Part shown: positions 1-12,122 of the stretch, in pieces
How the letters are laid out: every line of letters starts with the position of its first letter
Position numbering within the stretch: the stretch's first letter is position 1
NCBI RefSeq assembly: GCF_000485595.1
Contig: NW_014577069.1
Location: 315,670-345,565 of the forward strand
Source: Priapulus caudatus
Lineage: Eukaryota
Direction of reading: 5' to 3'
Length of the DNA: 29,896 bases
Made by a program: the position numbers and the translations under genes
Notes under the pieces: model-generated
The model's input: only the letters and a program-made list of their open reading frames with translations
What the model was told of the DNA's origin: nothing
Database searches by the model: none

Positions 1-39
<39 letters not shown>

Positions 40-52
40 TGTGTGTGTGTGT
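1..52. repeat. (GCGT)n/(GT)n microsatellite
   Basis: Directly visible tandem GCGT units followed by GT units. Confidence 0.95.
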
Positions 53-327
53 GCATGTGTAGAGAGAGACAGATCTGAATCGTCCTATTGGCGTACAATT
101 ACCGCTAATTCCGACTAGCCAGTCAAGTTCTGCAAACACAGTGATGACTTGGTACGGATTGTTCGGATGTTCGTTGTGACATTGTCGGTGCATGTGCGTG
201 CTCGTACACAGGCTCGTCCGAAGAGAGGAGGAGATTCAAGGCCCGAGAGTCAACCCTGCCTGTAATAGGCAGCCACTTACCTGCGCTCGCATTGTCCCGG
301 TGTTATACTCCACTTCCCGGAGAATTT

Positions 328-332
<5 letters not shown>

Positions 333-363
<31 letters not shown>
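333..363. repeat. (CT)n microsatellite
   Basis: Pure CT run about 170 bp upstream of the first candidate ATG|GT exon end. Confidence 0.95.
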
Positions 364-367
<4 letters not shown>

Positions 368-531
368 CGCGTATAATTCTCGTTGAGAAGAGGTGTTCCT
401 CGTGACTCTCTAGCGTGTTGTGTTTTCAGCCTATAAACTTGTTGTCTGAGAAGAGTACAGCGCTGAAGGAAGAAGTGTGTGTCTGTGAATTATATAGTTG
501 TTGATGTGATAGCATCGTTTATTGGCAGCAG

Positions 532-534
532 ATG
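532..534 (+). CDS. Candidate alternative first exon, coding part is the ATG only
   Basis: cagATG|gtatgt with donor at 535. In-frame TGA at 502-504 and no other in-frame ATG in between. Phase 0 fits exon 1804-1863 and the common exon. Confidence 0.55.
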
Positions 535-859
535 GTATGTGTTGCAAAATAATGATATTAATTAACATCGTTTACAAGCAGGTGTTCAGTTGCAATCAGG
601 ATGCACACCTATACCGTATACACCTTATAACAGGTAGAGAGTTCTTGTAGATTGAGATATCAGATTTCTGCTGCTAATGAAAATTGTGCGTGACCGTCAA
701 TCAGCAAGGCAGTTTGGCGTCAGTCACGTTGTTATACATTTCATAGAATAGAGTGATTAGATCAAAATGAAAATAGGTGATTGTGGAAGTTTTAATTATG
801 CGCGTCGATTAAATCTTTGCAGTTGGTCTTTGTCTGCGATACACAACGCGTGCGTATGT

Positions 860-1003
860 ACACACACGCACGCACACACACGCACACACGCACACGTGAG
901 CATGCACACACACGCACGTACGCGCACGTACACACACGCGAACATGTACACACACGTACACCCAAACACACGCACGTACGCACGCGCGCGCACGTACACA
1001 CAC

Positions 1004-1043
<40 letters not shown>
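860..1043. repeat. (CA)n/(CACG)n compound microsatellite
   Basis: Directly visible; explains the His/Thr/Cys/Val-rich ORFs here. Confidence 0.95.
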
Positions 1044-1046
<3 letters not shown>

Positions 1047-1544
1047 CTCAACGACTGCTCTCAATATCGCTCAGCTATGCACGCGCGGCCGTGCAACAAT
1101 GCTCGACTTCGCTCACAAAGGCGTTACAGATGCAAAGTAGTGCGGAATGAGATCCAGCCGCAGGGTTTCGCAGACGCGCCTATGTGGACAGCGCGGGGCA
1201 CGCCTGTCACCCTGCCGCGGGCATCGCACGAGAGCCGAACAAGTTCTCCTGGTCTCCAACATAATAGCCGTCACGTCGCCGACGTCCGTCCGGGCATTTC
1301 CGGTTCCTTCATCGTCGCGCCGCGCGCGCGAGTGCAAAATACAAATTCTAAATTGTGCAAAATAAAAATTCTAAATTAAATTCAATCCGAATCACGCGCG
1401 TCGGCGACAATGGTTCGATCGTTTGGACCGGTACGCGACCGGGTCGCAAGGAGATCTCGTAACGAGATTGGACGTGAATGGTCTGCATTCAGTCTGCGTA
1501 GTATAGTTCGCCGCTTCACCTCGAAACGCGATTATACATTTTAT

Positions 1545-1603
1545 CAGGACTGAATAATAATAGATTATTATTATTATAGACTATTATTATGAATTCACTC
1601 CTG
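1545..1603. mobile_element. 59-bp palindromic micro-MITE, CAGGAGTGAAT family
   Basis: Ends caggactgaataataatag ... ctattattatgaattcactcctg. Exact 7-bp flanking duplication attttat at 1538-1544 and 1604-1610. Confidence 0.8.
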
Positions 1604-1803
1604 ATTTTATGATTCGGCAGTGCTCGGCCGAACTGACGCATGAACTGATACGATGTATTATATCGATGTGATGAGAAGGGAAACATTTTTTCTTTTCTGT
1701 CATATATAATATAACCTAATCGACTTTTTTTGCAAGTTAGATGTAATCCGAATCACTTTTTTCATTATCATATTTATTCATTCAAACATATTTTCTTTTG
1801 TAG

Positions 1804-1863
1804 TTTTTCAACTACGCCAAGTTGGATGAAGAACAGGAGATAGACACGGGCTATGAGTTAGAG
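1804..1863 (+). CDS. 60-nt internal coding exon FFNYAKLDEEQEIDTGYELE (phase 0/0)
   Basis: Pyrimidine-rich acceptor ttttcttttgtag| and consensus donor GAG|gtaagt. Length is a multiple of 3, frame 0 is open, and the body is purine-rich. Confidence 0.7.
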
Positions 1864-2298
1864 GTAAGTGTTAGGGGAGGTAGCGGTAGGAGGGAAAGTC
1901 GATAGTGTAATCCCAGCCTAACACTTAGCACAAAAATAGCAGCCCTTGACTTAATATTACGCCCTATTGCACATGCACGTTAAAAATTGCAGAACGTAAC
2001 TATATTACCCACAGCACATTTCATTTAATGAACAAACCAAACAATAGCACCAAATCGTATATCATGGAATCATCTTCATGGCACATGGAAGTGCATGCAT
2101 GGCAGCCCACGTAAATGACACACAAGCAGGTCCTATATGTGGTGCGAGCTCGTGAGGATACCTTTATCGTGCGAGGGCAAGTGTTGTCTGTAGTTACAAC
2201 AGATTAAAGAGTTACTAACGCTATCGTCTCCGCGGGCCGCCGCCATGCAGTACTAGCGAGAACGTTACCGAGTGTTCATCGTGAGCATTAGTGCTGGG

Positions 2299-2328
2299 AT
2301 GAGTGTGATTAGTACACCGCATGTACAG
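2299..2328 (+). CDS. Candidate alternative first exon, MSVISTPHVQ
   Basis: gggATG ... CAG|gtatgg, phase 0; upstream in-frame TAG at 2254. Confidence 0.4.
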
Positions 2329-4822
2329 GTATGGAGTCTGTGCGTGCGTCAGCCGAGCAACTGTGCAGACAGCTGTTCGCGTGCTCGGCTGGCTGTGACG
2401 ATTACCTGCTGCAGGCGACAATAGTGGGATTTCACCCCCTCCCCCTCCAGGTACACACAGCTTTGATGCTACCGACCGTCACTTGTCTTCCTTAAAATGA
2501 GCGCTATGTGCGTGCGTGTAGTGTCCGGTAGCTCAGTGCAGAAAAGCCGCACTAATGACAAAATTTGCTCGTGCTATTGGCTGCACAGCGGAAGAAGGGA
2601 TGAGAGACACGCAGCTCTGATCAGGTGAAGGTACGAGTCATCGGAAAGCAACAAAGACGAAATGAATATGCAAACTGGTTTACTGTTTAAATTCGTATAA
2701 ACTCGTGGTAATCTGATGCATTAAGTTTGACAGTTAGCCCTAGATAGTACAGAGATAATCCCGAGTGATTTTATTAGGAATAAAGGCAAAGGAATTAACA
2801 TATAATTTTAGAATATTTATGCTGGTTGGGATGATATGTTATTACCCTCTGCTATCTACGCACGTGTGCTACATTGTGGACAAAAAAAGACTTATTTCTA
2901 CATAAACATGGCATCAGAAGAAATCATATTTTTCCAGTTCTGCTGAATGTTTCCCGCTAGCGCATTCTAGTCTCACTATGGGAGACCGTGTCCAGTCCTC
3001 CAGTCCCTGAGTAGATCATTTTCAAGTATTCACCGCGCACACTCGTGGATGGCATACGTGCATCTCTGCATGCAAGACAGCCTGTACACGCGTACAGTTT
3101 TATGTGCAGTAAGCCTGGAGCGATCACGGGTTCAGGCGAGGGACGATGAATGAACGACCACCTGCCAGTCCAGCCCGACACGTTCCCCTCTACCATTGTC
3201 CCAACCCATAGTGCTGTTTAATTAAGCAGAAGCCTCATTATCTCCCGCCAGACACACGGCTGAAGGATTATACTGAGAACAATTATGACAATCGCAGTGT
3301 TTTCACCCCTACGATGAAATGTTCCCGCGTATTACCCCGCTCGCGCCCACAGTTGTATGCGTCGGGGAGAATATGACATTTGCGTGTATAGTTGCTGGAC
3401 ATACTGAAAGTCGTGGACGGTCAGTGTGCATGTTGGATTAGACACCTGTTACTGGATTACTTTCCAAGCACATGTTACTGGATTAGTTTGAAGACCATTT
3501 CCTTTTAACCGCTATAGTACTATGGTAATCCTAGAAAGTGCTTCGAACGTACGGGGATAGGTGTTAGGGTACCTCTGACCGCTGCCAGTTGGGGTGACTG
3601 CGCTGGGGTTAGCTCTTTCGGGGCAGCAGGGGATGCTTGCATACGGTTTTTGCAAACCAAGTAACCAGTATTTAGAGTCGATGGATTTTTTTACTTCTTA
3701 TTCCTGTGAGAGCACGATTTTTTCTGCTAAGTTCACAATGATCTGCAAACGAAATTGTCTGATATAGAAAGTATGACGTATATGAAAGTATATCTCGCTC
3801 GAGGCGTACATATGAGCACAGAGTCTTCGAGTACGTAATTCATAACAACCCCAATTCTCGGAGTGTTAATATATAGAGCGTGCCTATTCTAGTAGACCTG
3901 TCCATGTCAGTGATGTCAGTGAATGCCTCGCAGGGTAGAGGCTGAACGTCAATGCATGTCTGCATGTATTATTAGCTCTCGATGTCTGTTATAACGCCTG
4001 CCAAATGTGCATGCGCCGTAAAATGCACCCATGAATATACTGTTACAGGTTAAGTCAATATTTTGGTTGTTGGTTTCCATAGAAGTTTCAAGTGAAAATA
4101 TAGACCAGTTGTCTCGTATGTCTTGAGCAAACGAGTTATTGTTGTTGCAGCATAATCTAGTCTCAAATCTAACTAGACCCTACTGTTACATGGGCTTAAA
4201 TCATGCGACCCAGCAGGTGTATTGCCGTGAGCAGTTTGATAATAACTTGGAAAGGCATGGCGTAACATATAACGTAAAAAAGGGTGCCACTTGCTCTGAG
4301 CTATGGTTTTGATTATTATTCATCTATCATCACTATATCATTTGATATTGGATAACAATTGACTATAAATGTTAACACTGCTCAGTGGACTTTTGTTAAG
4401 ACAGAGGAGAGGTTAAAAGTTGGACAGGGGTGGGGGTGTACGTGGTCAGAGAGGATAGTAACCGGTGAGGGGCTAAGCTGTTGTTGCGGCTACTACTGCA
4501 TGCAGTCGGTACTAACGCTTGCGCGACAGTTGGTCCTGGCGCCGCCATTTCTCCCCTGGCTCCCAGAAGCCGCATTAACTTTAAGCTCAGCTCCCTGTTT
4601 TCAGTGATTAATCCATCGTCGCGTCAGATGTTAGTGTAGAGACATGTCTGCATGATGGCGTCTTCTCTCTGAAGCACGCGGTTCGTGTTCCTGCGACCTT
4701 CGTGACTACTAACGACTTCATATTAGTCGCAGTCTACGGGGAATCACCCCATAATAGCTCACTCTCTGTGTGCCATATATCCATATCTATCTCTATATGT
4801 GATATATATATACATATATTTA

Positions 4823-4954
4823 AATTGATTAGCCTTCATCCTTCCAATATCTTCTTTGTGTAACATGACTTACATATACACACACATTTATGTTATACAG
4901 TTACAAGTCATGTTACACAGAGGAGATATGGTGGGAAGATGAAAGCTTATATAA

Positions 4955-4991
<37 letters not shown>

Positions 4992-5028
4992 CACAAAAAA
5001 GATAAGGGAAGATGAAAGCTAATGAATT
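4823..5028. mobile_element. Foldback/MITE-like inverted repeat element
   Basis: Arm 4831-4871 is an imperfect reverse complement of 4905-4947. A second right terminus (gatgaaagctaatgaatt, 5011-5028) pairs with 4823-4840. Confidence 0.6.
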
Positions 5029-5565
5029 CTATTCACTTGAGACATTATGCCGGCGTAATACTAGAGAGATGTAGGCCACTAGCAGGAAAGCATAGTATGT
5101 TATGTGCTAAGTACCACAGTGCGCGCGCGCCTGTTTTCTACCTCTGTAACATTCAGTTGTATCATAAATGTGCTTGATGCAAGCGAGTAAAAAGAGAAGC
5201 AAGAGTGATAAAATAATGTATTGCATGTATTATGAAGCGCAACCCTCAAACATGGCTCGAGTAAAATTGGTAAATTTGTTAGCTTTCGTCGTATTACGCA
5301 GGTGACGCTGATGCGGTTGTAGAAGACAGCGCTATGGCACATCGCAGCACATTACGGCCACGCATCGTGTTTGGCGCACACCTGCTAATTAGGATGTGAT
5401 AACTGTTAGAGCAATCAGTGTGCAGCCAGGTGTGTCAACCCCACCGAAATTAACGAAGAGTGCCCATCGAACTATAATCTCAATGGGCATCTTCCTCTGC
5501 AGCTATTGAGTCTTTTGAATTGAACCATGTCTACGTAACCGAGTACATACTCGCACATAGACGCG

Positions 5566-5792
5566 TGACGCACGCACATACACGAACGCACGCACGTACA
5601 CACGGCACAGTCAGACGTGCACATAAATATGCGTGCACACGCACGCGCGCAGGCACGTACATACGCAGGCATGCATGCAGACACTTACATAAATATGCTT
5701 GCACACGCACGCACGCGCGCACGCAGGCAGACACACACATATATATGCGTGCACACGCACGCACGCGCGCACGCGTGCGTACGCCCGCGCAC
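5566..5792. repeat. Degenerate (CACG)n low-complexity repeat
   Basis: Directly visible. Confidence 0.85.
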
Positions 5793-6261
5793 ACTCGCCG
5801 ACGCATGACGCAAGTGGACATTTACGACTTCCTCCCTCGCGCGGCGACAATAAGAACTGACTGAAAGAAACGCGCACCTGAATGGTTGCTCTGTGTAAGT
5901 GCGCGTGCATTCACGCGCGTGATGTAACAGTTGGCGCTGGTGCCAGCACGACACCCAGCCTTCCCTAAGGACGTCATCAGCCACGCATAAATATGTCGTC
6001 CGCCGCGTCTGTTCCACTATAATCCACATAAATATGTTGTCCCACTCCCCCCGGAAGTCGCCGCCCGCAATTGATTTATGTACACGCATTTTTTCCCGTA
6101 TACTCCGCCCGTGTTCTTGTTCGCGTCTTTGTTGGACGTCGTTTTTCCCATGATGATGTCGCGGCACCACCGTGTAATGCCGGTGTCTGGCTAGACGGTC
6201 GCGTCTGTGTCATCGTAATACTGCTGCTGAATTTCCCACAGTGCAGAAGAGCGCATGTTAG

Positions 6262-6264
6262 ATG
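6262..6264 (+). CDS. Candidate alternative first exon, coding part is the ATG only
   Basis: tagATG|gtatgt with donor at 6265 and an in-frame TAG immediately upstream, at the end of a CpG-rich UTR-like stretch. An out-of-frame ATG at 6255 weakens the call. Confidence 0.4.
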
Positions 6265-6523
6265 GTATGTTATATCATTTGAAGCTTTGTAGCATTAGAC
6301 ATTATGTACGCTGGTTATGTATGCTATATGTGCTACCCTGAACTACGTCGTTCTGTGAAAGATGGTGCGACCTATCGTAATTTCTAGGCTGCGTGGTTTA
6401 GTCTTAAACATGCACGAGAAATAGCGGTGCTGAATCCTTGAGGTTTTGTCAATATTTGGTACTCGGGAAGAACATTCGGGTTCAGTCTTGAGCTATGGTA
6501 GCTTCCGGTGCACATCTGCTCAG

Positions 6524-6547
6524 TATATATATATATATATATGTATA

Positions 6548-6602
<55 letters not shown>
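6524..6602. repeat. (AT)n microsatellite
   Basis: Directly visible. Confidence 0.95.
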
Positions 6603-6608
<6 letters not shown>

Positions 6609-7682
6609 TTGTGTTGTCATTCCGCGCCTGTCTTACTCGATAGGATCTTTCACTCAACGCCCTGCATGCAAGCATACAGCGTTTATACACACACTTCAAT
6701 CGTAATTCTGCCAGCAACTGGAGAGCATTTTAACCTGGGCCCCAGTTATCCCAGTTTACCATGACATTTGTGCGCTTAGATCTATGGTGCTTTTGGAGTT
6801 ACGCGAGATGTGTTATATCTGACCACAGCAGCCGCGGCAATATAGTATTAAGCGCCATTGTGGTAACATCCGAGGCGTTTATGACAGACAGGTTCCGTAG
6901 ACGTCGGTGCAGACTTTGTTACTTCGTGATGTAATTGATGAGTGATTTCGAGACGTCATTTACACGTGGACTGTATATTTACGACCGTTGGTGTTTCGCG
7001 CGTGTTCGCGGACCAGGTGTGGTTGCCAGGCGTGTCTGAATGCATCGGAGCCGTGGGGATGCTACAAACCGCTAACGACTGCTGGCGGGCTAGCGGGGTT
7101 GGATGTGTCTTTTCTGCCTCGTGCACACCTGCGGGTAGTGTGACCGTGTCCAAAACCACACGCAATCAGGTGTAATTAACCTGTTGATCCGTTAAGATAG
7201 CGCTAGGAGTTTAACAGGGGGTACGACTGCACGATAAAGTGACCGTTTCATAGCACAACATTCGCTTCATCGAATTTATCTGTGTCTATTCGATATAATA
7301 ACAAATGTTTCCTTACAGCGGCAGTTTTTTCATTTAAAATTCGCGGCACAAAAGGAGGAATAGCGAGGCTTTTATTAATGCAAGCACCCGACTCGTGGCT
7401 GGTTGAGTGTCTAAACGGACATGGAACGTAGTTTCGTTGATTCTAATTTATGAAATAAGCTGACTTAGCAATTGAAATCATGCTTTTTGTGGGCTTTGGG
7501 TACACGGCATGTGTTTGTAGTAGATAGATACATCTCACCTCGATGCTTACTCGATCAGAAAATCCACCCACTTCCTGTAGCTGTTTGCCGGCAAATCGCT
7601 AGCCAACAACCATCCAGCATCATCGCAGGGGTAATTCCTGGCGAGAGTCTTTACACAGGTCGAACGCTCTGTTCTCTCCTAT

Positions 7683-7712
7683 ATGTACTGTGTGAGGGTG
7701 TACATGCACCGG
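7683..7712 (+). CDS. Candidate alternative first exon, MYCVRVYMHR (or MHR from the second ATG)
   Basis: Two in-frame ATGs, then CGG|gtgagt consensus donor at 7713, phase 0. Confidence 0.5.
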
Positions 7713-9215
7713 GTGAGTCATGCCTTGTTGTGTGGTGTTAGAATGAATGCTGACCTCGTCACATTTTCTTCAAACACCCGAATACATTTTACACTCATTT
7801 CACACGTGTTTTCATTTTATTTTTCTCAGACTATCCCGATTCAAGAGAATAATTCATTCACGATAATTGAGTCTTAGAGCAGTCCAACAACCAAAATTCA
7901 ATAAAATTAGTTGTTCAATTTATAATAGACATTCACTTTGCTATTATTAGTTTTAAATGTATATACAATTTCCACAAGGTACTTCTAGTTTCAACTAGAA
8001 CTGATAGGCGAAAGTTACTATCCAATCGATGACGTTGTATTTTATTAAATAGATTTAGGTAAGGTTAGATATAGCTGTCTGTCGTTTTCCAATAAATTTA
8101 TATTTCGAATGGTTTACCAGGCTTATGATATTGGTCAGGCCTAAGACTTCCCGGCTCACTGGGTGAATAAATCGTACGAGGAGCAACATCAGTGAGTCAT
8201 CCAGAATAACCTAGCTGAGCTACCAGTACCAGGATCAAACCAGGTGGTCTTCCATTGAAAGTAAAAGTTTAGGCGCGCTGTGAAAATAAGCGTTTGGCAC
8301 TGCTTGAAAGATTCATAGAGCAGCACAAAGCTGGCTCTTTTTCCTCCCATAAAATGTGCGAAAGTAGGTCACTCTCCCTTTCGTGTTTAGTCTACCTGTG
8401 CTCTTGCCTGCATACACCAACCTGGATACCCTATAGGCAGGTGCTGGGAATCATAGCAACTGGTATTAAGCGTTGGATTTTGCAGCCAAATTTCTAACCA
8501 ACGCATTGTAGCGTTATCGATTTCTAGCGGTCCAGTTTTCCTAAAGGCAATAATTGTGCGTAAAATCGTGTAACTATTTGGGCATGTTCCGGATTATAAT
8601 AAAGTTCGCAATAAAAATGTGCGAATGCAATAATTTGACATCAGTTGGTATATTCGGTCGAGAATTTTTCATTCGCAACTTCAGTTCGAAAAATTTACAC
8701 GTGCCTGGAGAAACACCATAACACTGACGCATAATATCGCCTCGTGTTATTGCCTTGTCGAGACACCCAACTTAACGCTAAGTCGCAATAGGTTATAGGG
8801 ATCATGCAAGTAAATGGCATGAAGAACGCATTTGCGTGACTTGCACGTGTGCCTAGTTCACTCTAAAGCAACCCGAATTTTCTATTACCTCAAATATTAG
8901 TAGTTAATGTATAGATAATATATATTTATAGATATTTTATAGCAGTTAATTTATAGATTTAATGCTCGCACATTAATGAAAAGTATACATGAATTTTGTG
9001 TCATACGTTTGATTATGAAGTTCGTCCCTAGATCAATTTCATTGTTGAACGTTCAAATAGACGTGTGCGAACTGATTGCTAACATTACCGGACAGTAGAT
9101 GGCGCTACTTACCATGAATGATTTTGGAACTTGAACCTGGGCGCTAACTGGTGGCAGCACTGCATCATTCTGCTACCAGTAAAGTTGTATGTGTTCCATT
9201 ACTATCTAGTATAAC

Positions 9216-9278
9216 CAAGAGTAGATAATAACACACTCTATTATTATCTCTAATCTCTAGTGTTATTATCTACTCGTG
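9216..9278. mobile_element. 63-bp palindromic micro-MITE (CAAGAGTA terminus)
   Basis: 19-bp TIR caagagtagataataacac / gtgttattatctactcgtg with one mismatch. Exact 7-bp duplication gtataac at 9209-9215 and 9279-9285. Confidence 0.8.
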
Positions 9279-9361
9279 GTATAACTCATACAGACAATAA
9301 ATGTGGGAACCCTGTATATAAATTGTATCGTGACTATTGCACAAAACTGTCTCAACAAAAC

Positions 9362-9397
9362 TAGAGTCCCTATATACAGACATATATAGGGACTCTA
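9362..9397. mobile_element. 36-bp micro-MITE with 8-bp TSD (hAT-like ends)
   Basis: Perfect 15-bp TIR tagagtccctatata with a 6-bp spacer. Exact TSD aacaaaac at 9354-9361 and 9398-9405. Confidence 0.8.
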
Positions 9398-10560
9398 AAC
9401 AAAACTATCTCAAACATGTAGTCTCCACATATTCTAGCTACAGTGGTGGATATAGGCAACGTCAACGCTCAACATAACGAATAAAAATGTTGAAACGATC
9501 CATTGTTAAATTTCTTGTTATGTATAATTAATTATATATAATAATTGTTTATATTGTCTGTATTAGTATTATTTCTTACGATATGACACATAAGGCAACA
9601 TAACTTGCAAGTTACAAGATTATGTTTGCGTTTTATAGCATTCTAGTGATGTGAACAAAGGGTAGGGTGATACTCCATTAGGAACCATCACCATTTAGGG
9701 CCTACCATGCACTTTATGAACGCTTGCGGGGCTCGAAAATCACGCTCATAGAGCTAGGTAGCGCGTTTCGCTGACCTTGCTTTGCTTTACGACTGTATGA
9801 CTGCATGTGTAGTGTGTACACTACAACCTGTACTATATATGTGAGAAAGAAACATAATTATACGAAAGTTCTCAATAACTAGTTGGGGATAGATGTAGCA
9901 ATAAGCACGCGTCCTGAATAAAGTGTTTGACTGCATCATGCTGTTTAACTGCGACACAGACTATAATTATAAGCTGTTCATTCAGCCAATTCTTACTGCC
10001 CACTGATAGCTGCAAAGCAATAGCTTGCTTCGAAAAAAATAACGCAGCGAAAACGCAGGTAGCATGCGTAAACGCACGCTATATAAAACTAAAATAAATG
10101 TAGAACCATGTAAACATACGCGCGCGTTTTATTTATATAGTGGCAGGTTCCACATGTGTCAGTACATGGTACTGCATCTGTTGGCCACTAATCAACATCC
10201 TGCTGCATGGCCTACACGCCCATGTTTGGATGAGGGCATGTGTCAGGGTCGGCGCTGTAGCATTGCACGGTAGCACCCCCTAAGAGAGATCTCACCAGAA
10301 CCAAATGCTATTGCTGCTGGGGGGCCAGAGGGTCAGTGTAAAACAGGCCAGCACACGAGGCGCACGCGTTTTCCGGACACGGTTCAGTTCTCTGGACGCA
10401 GTCGTGGTGATAGTCTTTGCAGACGAGCTCTCTTCACACGGCAGGCAGCTCTGTCTGAACCCTTAACGCAGCCAGCACGAATCGCTGCTGGCAATTTACC
10501 AGTTGATGTGTGTTTGCTGAATTGACCTCGTCGTAGGCTAATGGTTTTCCTGCAGCGAAA

Positions 10561-10614
10561 ATGAGTGCTTCTGCCAGGCAGAGATTTTTTGCGACGATGG
10601 ATGCAGAAGACGAG
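10561..10614 (+). CDS. Candidate alternative first exon, MSASARQRFFATMDAEDE
   Basis: gaaaATG (A at -3), 18 open codons, GAG|gtaagc donor at 10615, phase 0. GC-rich UTR-like leader with TCAGT motifs at 10333 and 10384. Confidence 0.65.
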
Positions 10615-10980
10615 GTAAGCCAGGCGAGGGGCGAGCGAGCCGACGTCGGTGTCCGACTCACACTGCTGACACATATAGTATTGCCTAGTTCCTTCCTGCC
10701 ACACGACTACATGCTCAGGGGGAAAGATGGGCACGCCTAGCTCGTGTTAATTCGATTTGGCCATTTCACCAGGTTTCAAACGTTTTTATATTAATTATTT
10801 TAAATTAATAGTTTTGGGGAGTGGTTTCGAGCCAGCTACCGTTCTGCATGACGAATTGCATGACGAAAAGGTATTTTTTAGTCGTTTCTCTAACAGCTAT
10901 GGTATAATTTCCTTTCATTAAAACTTGTAACTATAATAAATGTCCTATCGTGACAACTAGGCAAGCTAAATGAGTGCAAC

Positions 10981-11063
10981 GTTCGTTGATCTGTCGTCAT
11001 GACTTGAACCAGCAGTTCGTTGTTCTGTCGTCATGAATTGAACCAGCAGTTCGTTGTTCTGTC
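10981..11063. repeat. 34-bp tandem repeat, about 2.4 copies
   Basis: Unit gttcgttgttctgtcgtcatgaattgaaccagca starting at 10981, 11015 and 11049 (partial). Confidence 0.9.
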
Positions 11064-11428
11064 TATAAGCATAATAATTGTGACTGAAAATTAAATGCGG
11101 TTCATTGGTGATATATACGTACAGGATGCCATTGCTGATCTGCTAATCCGAAAACGCACGCACACAAGTCGCATAATATATTATATGATTTTTTTGTGAA
11201 GAATCATGAAGAAATGTCCCTACCCTCGTGTTGTAACACAAAATAAATGTTAAAAGTTTAAGGTTATAATGTTAGTGTAATATGTATCATTGAAAAATTC
11301 GATAGAAAAATTAATTTTTACGTATGAGCCACAGTCAATTGATCGTACAAAAAATAACGACGCTTTTATGCCAGAAAGTGGGCACGTAAAATTATACGTT
11401 GGTTCATAGCACGTAATGGTTTTATTGG

Positions 11429-11505
11429 CAGGGGTGAATAATGACAAATGTCATTATTGTCATATTCATATTCATTTCATGTTCATTTGTCATTATTCAC
11501 TCCTG
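11429..11505. mobile_element. 77-bp palindromic micro-MITE, CAGGAGTGAAT family
   Basis: 22-bp TIR caggggtgaataatgacaaatg / catttgtcattattcactcctg with one mismatch. Exact 7-bp TSD ttattgg at 11422-11428 and 11506-11512. Confidence 0.85.
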
Positions 11506-11797
11506 TTATTGGTCCTGTACAATAAGTAAGGAAAGGGGTAAAGTAATGTAGGAAATTTTTTGCTCATTGCCCGTAATGATTACACGAAATTAGAATTAGG
11601 ATAGCGTAATACAGCATAGCAGAGCATGAAAAGGCCCTAACCATAAAACAGCGCGTTATACGTAAAAGGTTATAGTGCCTGCAGGGAAACATTGCTAGGG
11701 AAAGGTGTGGTATGATGGATTGCGTAGGAATAAATCTTTATACACCTGCATTTTATCATTTCAAATTGACATAATAGCACACACTCTCCTTGCTGCT

Positions 11798-12009
11798 TGT
11801 GTGTGTGTGTGTGCGTGCGTGCCGTGCGTGCGTGCGTGCGTTGCGTGCGTGCGTGCGTACGTGGCGTTCGTGCGGGTGCGTGTGTGTATGTTGGCGTGTG
11901 CATCTTTGTGTGCATTTATCCTGTGGTCTGCATGTGTGTGCGTGCGTGCTGTTTGTGGTGTGTGGTGTGTATGTGTGTGTGTGTGTGTGTGTGAACGTGG
12001 CGTAGCGTG

Positions 12010-12040
<31 letters not shown>

Positions 12041-12122
12041 TGTGCGTGTGCGTGTGTGCGTGCGTGCGTGCGTGCGTTCGTGCGGGCGTGTGTGTATGTG
12101 GGCGTGGGTGCGCGTGCGCGAG
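11798..12122. repeat. (GT)n/(GCGT)n compound microsatellite
   Basis: Directly visible. Confidence 0.95.

Noticed and set aside
8120..8285. Possible tRNA-derived SINE on the minus strand (B-box-like ggtttgatcc)
   Set aside because: No recognisable A box, tail or TSD.
8544..8756. 10-bp inverted repeat aaggcaataa / ttattgcctt
   Set aside because: Too short and no TSD, so it cannot be called a MITE.
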